From the IMG/VR virus record IMGVR_UViG_3300025986_000001, positions 1-64,000 of that record: DNA of 64,000 nucleotides; one strand, given 5' to 3'. Each line of letters starts with the position of its first letter. Within the stretch, counting starts at the first letter, position 1. This stretch comes from a virus. Lineage: Duplodnaviria > Caudoviricetes. Below are positions 19,306 to 27,623 of this stretch, one piece after another. Both the position numbers and the translations under genes were made by a program. The notes below the pieces were generated by a model. The model was not told the origin of the DNA and searched no databases. It saw only the letters and a program-made list of their open reading frames with translations.

Positions 19306-20223
19306 TCAGAGCACCCCGCCGGCCACGGCCACGGTGCGCAGCCCGCGCATCGGTGGCACGTCGGCCGCGGCCGGCGGAATCGCGGGCCGGCAATCGCCGG
19401 GAACCGCGGGCGGCGTGGTCGGCAGCGGGGTGTCCCACGGCATCGGCCCGGTCCGGACCACGTGCAGGCCGTCGCGGATCGCCCGGTCGTACTGCTGGAT
19501 GCCCCAGGCGATCGCGTTCAGGCACCAGAGGAAGTGGGAGTCCCAGTCGCGCAGGTCCCACTCCCAGGTGTCGCTGACCAGACCGATCTTTTCCAGCTCG
19601 CGCAGCAGATCGCGGGCGCCTTCCTCGAAGCGGAGCGAGTCATCGGCGTCGTAGTCGCGGATCAGCTCCTCGGCCTGCTCGACGAGCTCGCGCGCCTTGA
19701 TCAGCTCGGGCCAGTCCTCGGCCCGCTCGGGGGTCGGTGCCGGGTACTCGGGGTCGCCGAACTCGACCCCCTCAGCCTTGAGATCCTCGAGAAATTCGAG
19801 CAGCTGTCGGCTGTTCTCCTCATCCAGTTCGGCCTGGATGGCGTCGCGGTGCCGGATCGCCTCCTGCAGGTGGTCGTCGACGAGCCGGCGCAGCAGATCC
19901 TCGTCGTAGGCCTTGACGGAGGCACCGTGGTCGTGGGTCTTCTCCGCCCAGTAGCCCGGGTTGATCCGGTGCGGCCGGTCGGGGTTGCTGCGGAAGAACC
20001 GGAACATGTCGGTGTCGCGGCGGAAGCTGTGGGTGCCGTGGTCGCCGGCGATGGTCAGCATGCCCGGCGTGGAGATCAGCTCGAACCAGTCGCACCAGGA
20101 GTGCTCGCGCTGCGTGAACAGCAGATGCCGGTAGAGCCCCTGATCGTGTTTGACGATCAGGCGGTGGCGCTCGACGTCGCTCGCGAACATCGCAGCAACG
20201 GCCGCCTCATCGCCGCCCCTCAT
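19306..20223 (-). CDS. conserved phage hypothetical protein
   Basis: DQGLYRHL...GDHG...DMFRFFR...INPGYWAEK...WGIQQYD pattern. Confidence 0.65.
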   Translation of the reverse strand: MRGGDEAAVAAMFASDVERHRLIVKHDQGLYRHLLFTQREHSWCDWFELISTPGMLTIAGDHGTHSFRRDTDMFRFFRSNPDRPHRINPGYWAEKTHDHGASVKAYDEDLLRRLVDDHLQEAIRHRDAIQAELDEENSRQLLEFLEDLKAEGVEFGDPEYPAPTPERAEDWPELIKARELVEQAEELIRDYDADDSLRFEEGARDLLRELEKIGLVSDTWEWDLRDWDSHFLWCLNAIAWGIQQYDRAIRDGLHVVRTGPMPWDTPLPTTPPAVPGDCRPAIPPAAADVPPMRGLRTVAVAGGVL

Positions 20224-20423
20224 CGGATGGCCTCGTTCGCGGCGGGCAGGACCGTGTCCTGGGTAAGGGTGACGCCGGCCAGCTCGTCCAATTCGTCGAG
20301 CTCCCCGAGGATGTCGGCGTTGCGCGCGTCGGTGCCGTAGGAGACGTGGCCGGTGTGGATGTCGTGCCTGGCCTCCTCGACCAGCTCGCGCAGCAGGCGC
20401 GCGGCAGCACAGCTGAGATTCAT
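20220..20423 (-). CDS. hypothetical protein
   Basis: GGAG SD; ATGA overlap. Confidence 0.5.
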   Translation of the reverse strand: MNLSCAAARLLRELVEEARHDIHTGHVSYGTDARNADILGELDELDELAGVTLTQDTVLPAANEAIR

Positions 20424-20544
20424 GATTCTCCGATCACGGCGGGGTTGTTGATGCGAGGAGCCTAGCATAGCTATGCGACATGTCTAGCCAAACATGACGC
20501 CCGCCGCGGGCCGACCACGACGGGCGTCATGCGAACGGGTGCAC

Positions 20545-21543
20545 TCAGCGCAGCACGAGCAGGTCCGTGCCGCCGATCAACTTGCGGTTAGGACTGGTGG
20601 ACTGCACGAACACGTCATATTCAGGGTTGTAGCCCGGCTTGTCCCGGATGTCCTGCAACTGCAGGCCGAGCAGATCCCGGGCACGCTGGCCGCCGTAGAA
20701 CCGGCCGGTCTTCTTCTCTCGCACGATCACCTGCTTGTTGGCTTGGATGGTTTCACGCTTGGTGAACTGGTAGTAGTTCCGGCCCTGCTGGAACACCACC
20801 GGCTGGCCGGCGAAGAACGCCTTGATGTCGGTGTCCCGCGGTACCGGCAGCACCCAGTAGGTGTCCGGGTCGAGCAGGTCCAGCGTCGAGCGCACGGTGG
20901 TCGCGTTGACCGCGTCGAGGCCGGTGGAGAACAGCGATCGGGTGGCGACCTTGCCCTTGGCGCGGTTGTCCAGGAAGCCGTCGACGGCTTCCTGGAGGAC
21001 CCCGCCGGCCTCTTCGAGGCCGTTGCGGCCGGCCGGGTTCCACACCGCGATGTTGTCCGGGGCGAACCCGTACGCCATCGCGGTGTCCCTGCCGAACGCG
21101 TTGGGCACCAGGCAGGCGACCGTCTCGTTCGTAGCCAGCTGGCTGAGCTTGGCCCGCAGGTCGGCGGGCCGTCGGCGGCTGCAGTTCTCCTCGCCGTCGG
21201 TCAGCACGATGGTCAGGAAGGCGTGCTCGCCGTGGATCTGGGCGGTCTGCGCCAGTTCCTGCATGCTCTGCAGGGTGGCGTCGATCAGCGCGGTGTTGCC
21301 GCGCGGCTGGTAGAGCGCGGCGATCGACGGCAGGCGCAGCACGTCACGGTCGTAGATCAGGCAGCGGACGTCGTCGGCGAAGTCGTAGACCGAGATGTGG
21401 ATGTCCTGCTCGAGGTCACGTGACCGCGCGGCGAGGTGCGCGATGTGATCGTCGACCACCTTGATCAGGTTCTTGGCGTGGTCCTCCATCGAGTAGGAGG
21501 CGTCCAGCACCAGGTTGACGTGGGTAATGCGGTTCATGGTCAT
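20545..21543 (-). CDS. vWA (MIDAS) domain protein
   Basis: LVLDASYSM, GNTALIDA, IVLTDGEEN. Confidence 0.85.
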   Translation of the reverse strand: MTMNRITHVNLVLDASYSMEDHAKNLIKVVDDHIAHLAARSRDLEQDIHISVYDFADDVRCLIYDRDVLRLPSIAALYQPRGNTALIDATLQSMQELAQTAQIHGEHAFLTIVLTDGEENCSRRRPADLRAKLSQLATNETVACLVPNAFGRDTAMAYGFAPDNIAVWNPAGRNGLEEAGGVLQEAVDGFLDNRAKGKVATRSLFSTGLDAVNATTVRSTLDLLDPDTYWVLPVPRDTDIKAFFAGQPVVFQQGRNYYQFTKRETIQANKQVIVREKKTGRFYGGQRARDLLGLQLQDIRDKPGYNPEYDVFVQSTSPNRKLIGGTDLLVLR

Positions 21544-21616
21544 GGATTTCCCGTCCGCGGGTGGGGCTGCTGTGACAAAAACAGCCTACAGGGAGGGTAT
21601 GACATTTCCAGGCCGG

Positions 21617-22351
21617 CTAGACGGCGCCCGTCAGGGCGCGCTGGCGGGTCGCACGCAGCCAGGCATCGATCCGCTCACGGTCCGGTTGCGGCGGCAGCAC
21701 CGTCGGGGTGTCGGTGAACAGCTGCTCGTAGTTGCCGATCAGATCCTCTGCGGCGAGCAGGTCTCCGCCGGCGACCTGCTCGCCGAAGTCGAGGAACCAT
21801 TGCGGGTCGTCCAGGCGCACCCGCAGATGCCCCGTCGACCACAGGCCGAACCCGCTGACCAGCAGCCGGGCCAGGTGCCGGGCGTTCTTGGCGGTGGACT
21901 GATGCAGATCGGCCGGCAGCGGGTCGCCGAGCCGGGCCTTGAGCTTGCCGAGCTGGCTGGTCGCGTAGCCGAGGAACGCGCTGCGGCAGTAGGGGGCGCT
22001 CAGGAAGGCGCTGCGCAGCTCGATCAGTTCCTGTCCGACCGGTGTGCAGATCTCATGATCGGTTACCCACAGCATCTCGGTGACCGACGGGTTGACCTTC
22101 AACAGCAGCCGGCACATCTTGCCCAGCTCGTGCAGCACCTCGTCGGCCCACGGGTTCTTCGCCGTCTCGCGAACATCGTCGAGGGCGAAGAAGGCGTCGC
22201 TGGGGGCCAGGAACACCCCGAGCCGGTCCTCGTCCGACTCCTCGTGATCCAGCCCGTACGCGCGGCTGCCCAGGACGGCCTCGAGCACGACACCCTCGGG
22301 CCGTTCGGTCCAGGGCTTCGACTGCCGCTCCTTGAGGTCTGCGAAGTCCAT
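21617..22351 (-). CDS. DNA polymerase beta-superfamily nucleotidyltransferase (RlaP-like)
   Basis: GSRAYGL....SDED..GVF, NPSVTEML, FLGYA.SQ. Confidence 0.8.
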   Translation of the reverse strand: MDFADLKERQSKPWTERPEGVVLEAVLGSRAYGLDHEESDEDRLGVFLAPSDAFFALDDVRETAKNPWADEVLHELGKMCRLLLKVNPSVTEMLWVTDHEICTPVGQELIELRSAFLSAPYCRSAFLGYATSQLGKLKARLGDPLPADLHQSTAKNARHLARLLVSGFGLWSTGHLRVRLDDPQWFLDFGEQVAGGDLLAAEDLIGNYEQLFTDTPTVLPPQPDRERIDAWLRATRQRALTGAV

Positions 22352-22534
22352 CGGTTCCTTCCCCGCGGTCAGCCTGTGCGGCGACCGCGGCCCCGCCGGG
22401 AAACCGGCAGGGCCGTGGTGGTCAGCTGATCATCACGACCAGCTCTTGCACCAGCTCAACGAGCAGGCCGGCTCGGAGGTCGTACATGCATCACCTGGCC
22501 GCCGCACGTCTTCAGCCGGAAGTGACAGGGTCGG

Positions 22535-22843
22535 TCAGCTGCGACGGGTGTTGCGCCTGCGCGCCCGGGCGGGTTGCGCCATCCCGGTGCTGCGCGCGCA
22601 GATCGGGCAGGCTTCGCCCGGCCAGTGCGGCGCGCCCTGCGGCCCGTGGTAGACCCGCCCGTCCCGGCAGCCTCTACCTTCCACGCAGCACGGGACTTTC
22701 GTGCCGCCGTTCGGCAGGTGCCCGGCCAGGACCGTGGTGGCGGTGGCCCGGCCGCGCCCGCAGATGTAGCAGTGCGGTCCTGGTTGTGCTGCCCGGACGG
22801 CCCATACGGGCTGGTCGGCTTCGTCTGCTCTTGACTGGCTCAT
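22535..22843 (-). CDS. Cys-rich hypothetical protein
   Basis: CYIC, CC, CPIC; GGAG SD. Confidence 0.5.
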   Translation of the reverse strand: MSQSRADEADQPVWAVRAAQPGPHCYICGRGRATATTVLAGHLPNGGTKVPCCVEGRGCRDGRVYHGPQGAPHWPGEACPICARSTGMAQPARARRRNTRRS

Positions 22844-22868
22844 GGCTGTCTCCACACCTGAAGGTGAT

Positions 22869-23492
22869 TCAGTCATGAAGCAGACTACAGGCATCCAGCG
22901 ACACGGACACCAGGTGCGGCCTGCGCGAATCCCCATCGATCACCGGATCGGCGTAGCAGGGCTCTCCTGATCTCTTGCTGCGATACATCGCCAGGTCCGC
23001 GGCGTGCAGCACGCCGCGCGGGTCGGTGTTCACGCACGTGTAGGCGATACCCAGGGCAGCGGTCAGGCTCACCGGTTCGGGTGACCCGGGCAGCATCGTC
23101 GGAGCGGCGATTACCTGCCGCAGGGTCGCCACCACGGTGATGCTGGGCCGGCCGGCGCCGAGCACCACGAACTCGTCGCCGCCGATGCGGGCAACGAGCC
23201 GGCCGGGCAGCTGCTCGGTCAGGCGCCGGCCGAGCCGGGCCAGCAGCTGGTCGCCGGCGCGGTGCCCGAAGGTGTCGTTGATCGGCTTGAATCCGTTGAG
23301 GTCGATCAGGTAGAGGGTGTAGGGCCGGCCGCGGTACAGCTGCAGCTGCTGTGTCAGGCCGTGCCGGTTGAGCAGGCCGGTGAGGGCGTCGGTGCTAGCC
23401 TCGCGGCGAGCCGCGGTGAGCTGGGGCTGGCGGGTCAGCCACCCCAGGGCGTAGGCGACGCCGGCGGCAGTGGCGACTGCGGCCAGTTTCAT
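22869..23492 (-). CDS. membrane-anchored diguanylate cyclase (GGDEF)
   Basis: TDALTGLLNR, DLNGFKPINDTFGH, ARIGGDEF, AADLAMY; N-terminal hydrophobic helix. Confidence 0.9.
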   Translation of the reverse strand: MKLAAVATAAGVAYALGWLTRQPQLTAARREASTDALTGLLNRHGLTQQLQLYRGRPYTLYLIDLNGFKPINDTFGHRAGDQLLARLGRRLTEQLPGRLVARIGGDEFVVLGAGRPSITVVATLRQVIAAPTMLPGSPEPVSLTAALGIAYTCVNTDPRGVLHAADLAMYRSKRSGEPCYADPVIDGDSRRPHLVSVSLDACSLLHD

Positions 23493-23737
23493 GGCGTACT
23501 CCTGGTGGCTCGAGAGGAGTGCGGCGCAGGTGGGGGCCTGCGCCGCACTCGGATGGTCGCCGGGCGATCACCGGGCACCCTGATAGCCGGATGTCCGGGC
23601 GTAGCACGATGATGATCAGCGTCAGAAAACCCGTGGCCAGCACTGCTACCGCTGTGTAGATAACTGCTGAACGCACCGTAACTACCGGTGTGCGATGGTG
23701 TCGGCCGCGTTGCCCGGTTTTCCATCGCACGGGTGTA

Positions 23738-24061
23738 TCAGTCCTCGCCGTCGGCCAGCAGCTCCTCGAGCTGCTCAACGTCGTCGACCACGACGAGGTA
23801 ACAAGCCCGCCTGCCTTGGATGGCCACCGGCCGGCCGGTGGCCATCTCGTGCAGCTGCTCCTCGGCCAGCCACAGCACGTCGCTCGTCCGTTGCATCCAC
23901 TCGGCGAACGCAGCGTCTCTCTCCCGGGCGCCGTCGCCCCAGATCAAGCCGACGGCCCAGCCCTGCCCCAGGTGGGCGATGGCCTGCAGGTAGCCGCGGT
24001 ACAGGTCGGCCAGTTCCGGTGCGCTCATCTCGATAAGTCGTTGCGTGGGGGTTGTCGTCAT
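23738..24061 (-). CDS. hypothetical protein
   Basis: ORF divergent from 24123. Confidence 0.5.
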   Translation of the reverse strand: MTTTPTQRLIEMSAPELADLYRGYLQAIAHLGQGWAVGLIWGDGARERDAAFAEWMQRTSDVLWLAEEQLHEMATGRPVAIQGRRACYLVVVDDVEQLEELLADGED

Positions 24062-24122
24062 GTCCAAACCCTAGTGTAGGCTGTTCCAAAGTCACAACAA
24101 CCCCACTCTCCGGAGGAGAACC

Positions 24123-24428
24123 ATGTCCGACAACGAGACGCCTGAGAACAAGAGCGGGCGGCCCTGGGCCGAGGAAGGCCTGCCGCGCTGGGCGGTGCGC
24201 GAGGCGTACGAACTGGGCCTGCCCAACGGTGCCCACGACGTCCTGGTGGTGGCGCTGTTCCTGTCTACGGTGATCGCCATCTACAGCACGATGGGACCGC
24301 AGATGTGGGTGATCGCGCGGGCCGGCTACGCATCGGTCATCGCGTTGCACGGCGCGCTGCTGATGGGCTACCTGACGCACTACGCCGGCCAGGGCGCCCG
24401 GGCGCTGCGCCGTAAAGTTGGCGCATGA
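24123..24428 (+). CDS. small membrane protein
   Basis: GGAGGAG SD; two hydrophobic segments. Confidence 0.6.
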   Translation: MSDNETPENKSGRPWAEEGLPRWAVREAYELGLPNGAHDVLVVALFLSTVIAIYSTMGPQMWVIARAGYASVIALHGALLMGYLTHYAGQGARALRRKVGA

Positions 24429-24817
24429 GCGCGACCTGCCCGCGGGAGGGCTGCGGCAACACCCTGTCCGCCGGACAGATCGTATGCAGCGGGGACTTCA
24501 CCGCGCTGGCCGGAATGTGCCGGGGCAAGAACCGCCTCGGCCAGCCGGTCGCAGACATGATCGAGAGTAACGGCGGCGGTATCGCCTATCGATGCCCGCT
24601 GTGCCTGCAGTACCACAACGGCTCGAAGGTCCGGCTCCGGATGGAGATGATCGCGGCGGCCCGCGCCACGGTGCGGGCCTTCCGGGCCGACCCGAGGGTC
24701 GGAGCCCGGGGAGTGCTGCGGCTGGCCGACGCCTGGGAATCGCGGCGCGTGAATCGTTCACGCTGGGCCGAGGGTCTTGACCAGCGGGAGGCCTTGGCCG
24801 CATCCTGGCATCAGTAA
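24425..24817 (+). CDS. Zn-binding hypothetical protein
   Basis: CRGKNR...YRCPLCLQYH; ATGA overlap. Confidence 0.55.
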   Translation: MSATCPREGCGNTLSAGQIVCSGDFTALAGMCRGKNRLGQPVADMIESNGGGIAYRCPLCLQYHNGSKVRLRMEMIAAARATVRAFRADPRVGARGVLRLADAWESRRVNRSRWAEGLDQREALAASWHQ

Positions 24818-24851
24818 CCTCCTAACGGGTCGTCCCCACCCCCGAAAAAAA

Positions 24852-24889
24852 ATTCGCCCCTGAACCGTTGCCGCGGTCAGGGGCGAATC
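24852..24889. terminator. bidirectional terminator
   Basis: ATTCGCCCCTGA...TCAGGGGCGAAT flanked by A and T runs. Confidence 0.75.
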
Positions 24890-24894
24890 TCTTT

Positions 24895-25815
24895 TCAACG
24901 CCGGCGGCGTCGCTTGCGATGGTTCTTGCGGGCAGTCGCCGCGGTCAGAACAACCCCGGCGGCCGCACCGGCCGGACCGGCGACCTGAGCCGGCCAGCCT
25001 GCGGACAGCAGTCCCACTGCAACAGTCGGGCCGGCCAGTGACCCGGCTACCACGGCCAGTCCCGCCCGGCGCGCCACCGGGCGGGACCATATCCAGCGCC
25101 CGGCGGCGGCCAGCGCCCGGCCGAGGACACTCAGCGGATACCGCGGCTCCCGGCCGTCCAGGCCGGCCCCGACCACGTCGAGCTCAGCGGCACGCAACGC
25201 CAGCGCGGTGCGCTGCGGCAGCGGGATCCAGCGCGCTCGTTTCAGCGCGTCGTCGCGGGCGTGCCGCATCTGCACCTGCCGCCAGATCTCGATCCGATCC
25301 CGGTTGTTCTCGTTGTACTCCTTGTTGAACCGCGGTCGCATCCCGGTGATCGCAGCGATCTCCCGCCGGTCGCGTTCCGCCTTGTCCCACTCGCCCTCAG
25401 CGATCACTATCGCGCGACCGGCACGGATGTCTGCCCAGCATTTCTCCTCGACGTGCTCGGCTTCGCGGACCTCCAGCGCCCGGATCGTCTGCCCGACGTA
25501 GTCGTAGACGATCCGGGGCCGGGCGTCCGGCCGGGCCAGGTCGGCGTGCGCCACCTGGCCCGCCGGGATCGGCTCGCCGGCCCGGTTCAGAACCAGCTCA
25601 CCAGTGACCGGGTTCGTCCGGTACAGCAGGATCAGGCCGGTCTTGCTGCTGATCTCCCACACCGGGAAGGCGTAGATGATCCCGTGACAGATCAGCGTCT
25701 CGTCGTCGCACGCCCGCGGTGGGCGGTAGGCCGGCGGCAGGTCCGGGGTCAGGTCGCGAACGACCTGCAACCCCAGGCCGTTACGGCGAGCGTTCAGCAC
25801 CATGCTCGGCTCCAC
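24895..25815 (-). CDS. GIY-YIG-like nuclease with C-terminal TM helices
   Basis: GIIY...YVGQT..R..EH...E...PRFN; hydrophobic C-terminus ending in a basic tail. Confidence 0.6.
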   Translation of the reverse strand: MEPSMVLNARRNGLGLQVVRDLTPDLPPAYRPPRACDDETLICHGIIYAFPVWEISSKTGLILLYRTNPVTGELVLNRAGEPIPAGQVAHADLARPDARPRIVYDYVGQTIRALEVREAEHVEEKCWADIRAGRAIVIAEGEWDKAERDRREIAAITGMRPRFNKEYNENNRDRIEIWRQVQMRHARDDALKRARWIPLPQRTALALRAAELDVVGAGLDGREPRYPLSVLGRALAAAGRWIWSRPVARRAGLAVVAGSLAGPTVAVGLLSAGWPAQVAGPAGAAAGVVLTAATARKNHRKRRRRR

Positions 25816-26053
25816 GCAGCTCGTCGATCAGGCCGAACACCGCCGCCGGTTCCGCGTCGGCCAGCCGCTGCAGAGCAGCAACCGCACGCTGGGCAACTTC
25901 GAAAGCGCCGCCGGCGGAGTTCCACCGGACAGCATGATCCAGTCCGTCCCGCAAGGCGGCAACCGACGGCAGCGACTCAGTCACGGCGAAATTCCTCCTC
26001 GACCTTCGCCAAAGCCATCGCGGCCGGGGTGCCAGAGACCTGGCCCAGCGGCT

Positions 26054-26305
26054 TCACGACGGCCGCTCCCGGCCGGGAAGCACCGTGAACTCGGCAACCG
26101 AAAGGTCGGGTGGCCAGTCAATCGAGTCGACACACGCCCAGCAGTAGCCCTCACCAGCCGCGCCGCAGTACGAGCAGCCCAGCGTGATGTACACGTCCAT
26201 CTCCGGCGCACCGCATCCGCAGCAACCCCAGTCGGCCTGCGGCACCTCGTTCGGCTGGCAGAAGACACCGTGGACCCGGCGAGCAATGAACTCCTTGAGG
26301 CTCAC
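26054..26305 (-). CDS. Cys-rich hypothetical protein
   Basis: CCGC, CSYC, CWAC; GTGA overlap. Confidence 0.5.
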   Translation of the reverse strand: MSLKEFIARRVHGVFCQPNEVPQADWGCCGCGAPEMDVYITLGCSYCGAAGEGYCWACVDSIDWPPDLSVAEFTVLPGRERPS

Positions 26306-26559
26306 CGCGGATCCCCGATCAGCGACCAGACCGCATCGTCGAACGTCGGGTAGTGCGGGTTCTGGGCCGCGATGGACCTGACAGTCTCCATGTCACCTCG
26401 GGCCTCCGCAGCCCGTAGCTCGGTGCTCGTGAAGCTGGGTGTAACCACCCAGTCGTCAGTGCCCGCTGCTGCGTAGATGTACCTAGGCCCGTCAGGGCTG
26501 GACACGTACGCCTCGAACACGCCTATCTCCACACGCGGGTCGTGCTTGTAGGCGCTCAC
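26302..26559 (-). CDS. small paralogue family A (DPRV...SLIGDP)
   Basis: SAYKHDPRV...DDAVWSLIGDPR. Confidence 0.6.
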   Translation of the reverse strand: MSAYKHDPRVEIGVFEAYVSSPDGPRYIYAAAGTDDWVVTPSFTSTELRAAEARGDMETVRSIAAQNPHYPTFDDAVWSLIGDPR

Positions 26560-26756
26560 TGCGGGTCCCCGATCAGCGACCGGATCGCCTCGTCGTCGGT
26601 GGCGAACTCTGCACCAAAGCGCCCCGCCGGCTCGGTCACGAGAGCCCAGACATCCCCCCAACGGCAGACCGACACCCGGCCGTCTGTCGTATCGACCTCA
26701 TACAAGCTGCCGTCGTTGTAGCAAGCGACCCGCGGGTCCACGTCGTAGGCGCTCAC
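26556..26756 (-). CDS. small paralogue family A
   Basis: SAYDVDPRV...DEAIRSLIGDPQ. Confidence 0.6.
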   Translation of the reverse strand: MSAYDVDPRVACYNDGSLYEVDTTDGRVSVCRWGDVWALVTEPAGRFGAEFATDDEAIRSLIGDPQ

Positions 26757-26968
26757 CGCTGCACCACCTGGACATTCTCGGCGAACCTGCGAATGGCGAA
26801 CGGGAGAACCTCACCATCCCGGTAGGCGCCCAGCACCTCGTGGCTGCTGATGACTTCCCAGCGCATCCACTCGAGGGCGGCAGCGTCGTCGGGCAGGTCA
26901 CGCTTCTGGACGTCCCGGGGAGCAAACGGATTTGCCAGCTCTGCCCTGATGAAGGTGTAGACGTTCAT
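26753..26968 (-). CDS. hypothetical protein
   Basis: MNVYTFIRAEL; coupled overlaps. Confidence 0.5.
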   Translation of the reverse strand: MNVYTFIRAELANPFAPRDVQKRDLPDDAAALEWMRWEVISSHEVLGAYRDGEVLPFAIRRFAENVQVVQR

Positions 26969-27180
26969 ACCTCGACCCACTCCCCCTCGATGCCACATTT
27001 GTCGGCGTGCGGACGCAGGGCCATCAGGCCCGGTGCCATGCCCGACATGAACTCGTACGTGCCGCACTTGGTGCAGCGCAGGTGCTGGTGTCCGCCGGCG
27101 TCCTGCTCCAGCCACACCTGGCCGGTCGCCGGCTTGCCGAGCACCTTCGACACGATCATCGGAAGCGGCTGGTCGCTCAT
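26965..27180 (-). CDS. Zn-finger hypothetical protein
   Basis: CTKC...HADKC. Confidence 0.5.
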   Translation of the reverse strand: MSDQPLPMIVSKVLGKPATGQVWLEQDAGGHQHLRCTKCGTYEFMSGMAPGLMALRPHADKCGIEGEWVEV

Positions 27181-27208
27181 CTGCTCTCCTTCGCGCGGGT
27201 GCAGCCGG

Positions 27209-27532
27209 TCATCGGGCATCCAGGCCGGCAAGCACAGCGCCCACGGCATCCTCCGCGGACGAGTAGACCGCCTTGGCGTCGACGCCGCCGGTCTCAGCCA
27301 GCTGTGGGCGCATCTTGACGTGCGGGTGGTCGGGGCGGATACCGAGCCAGACGGAGTAACCATTCATCACAACCCAGCCGCCCGGCAGGTCGCCGTTCCA
27401 GCCCGCGTCGACGAACTTGATGCGGTAGCCGATGACGGGGCCATCGATCAGGTAGTCCTGCGCGTCGGGGTTGGTGGACGCGCTGCGGGCAGGGACGGCC
27501 TGCACGCGAGGGTCTTCGAGTACGGAGGTCAT
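27209..27532 (-). CDS. paralogue family A, divergent member
   Basis: TSVLEDPRV...AEDAVGAVL; GAAAGGA SD. Confidence 0.5.
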   Translation of the reverse strand: MTSVLEDPRVQAVPARSASTNPDAQDYLIDGPVIGYRIKFVDAGWNGDLPGGWVVMNGYSVWLGIRPDHPHVKMRPQLAETGGVDAKAVYSSAEDAVGAVLAGLDAR

Positions 27533-27623
27533 GAGATTCCTTTCGTTGTGGATCAGGCCCGCGGTGGCGGGTCTTGCTTTCAGCGGCTGACAACAGCCTA
27601 GGGTATTACTGCGACGAGAGCGA

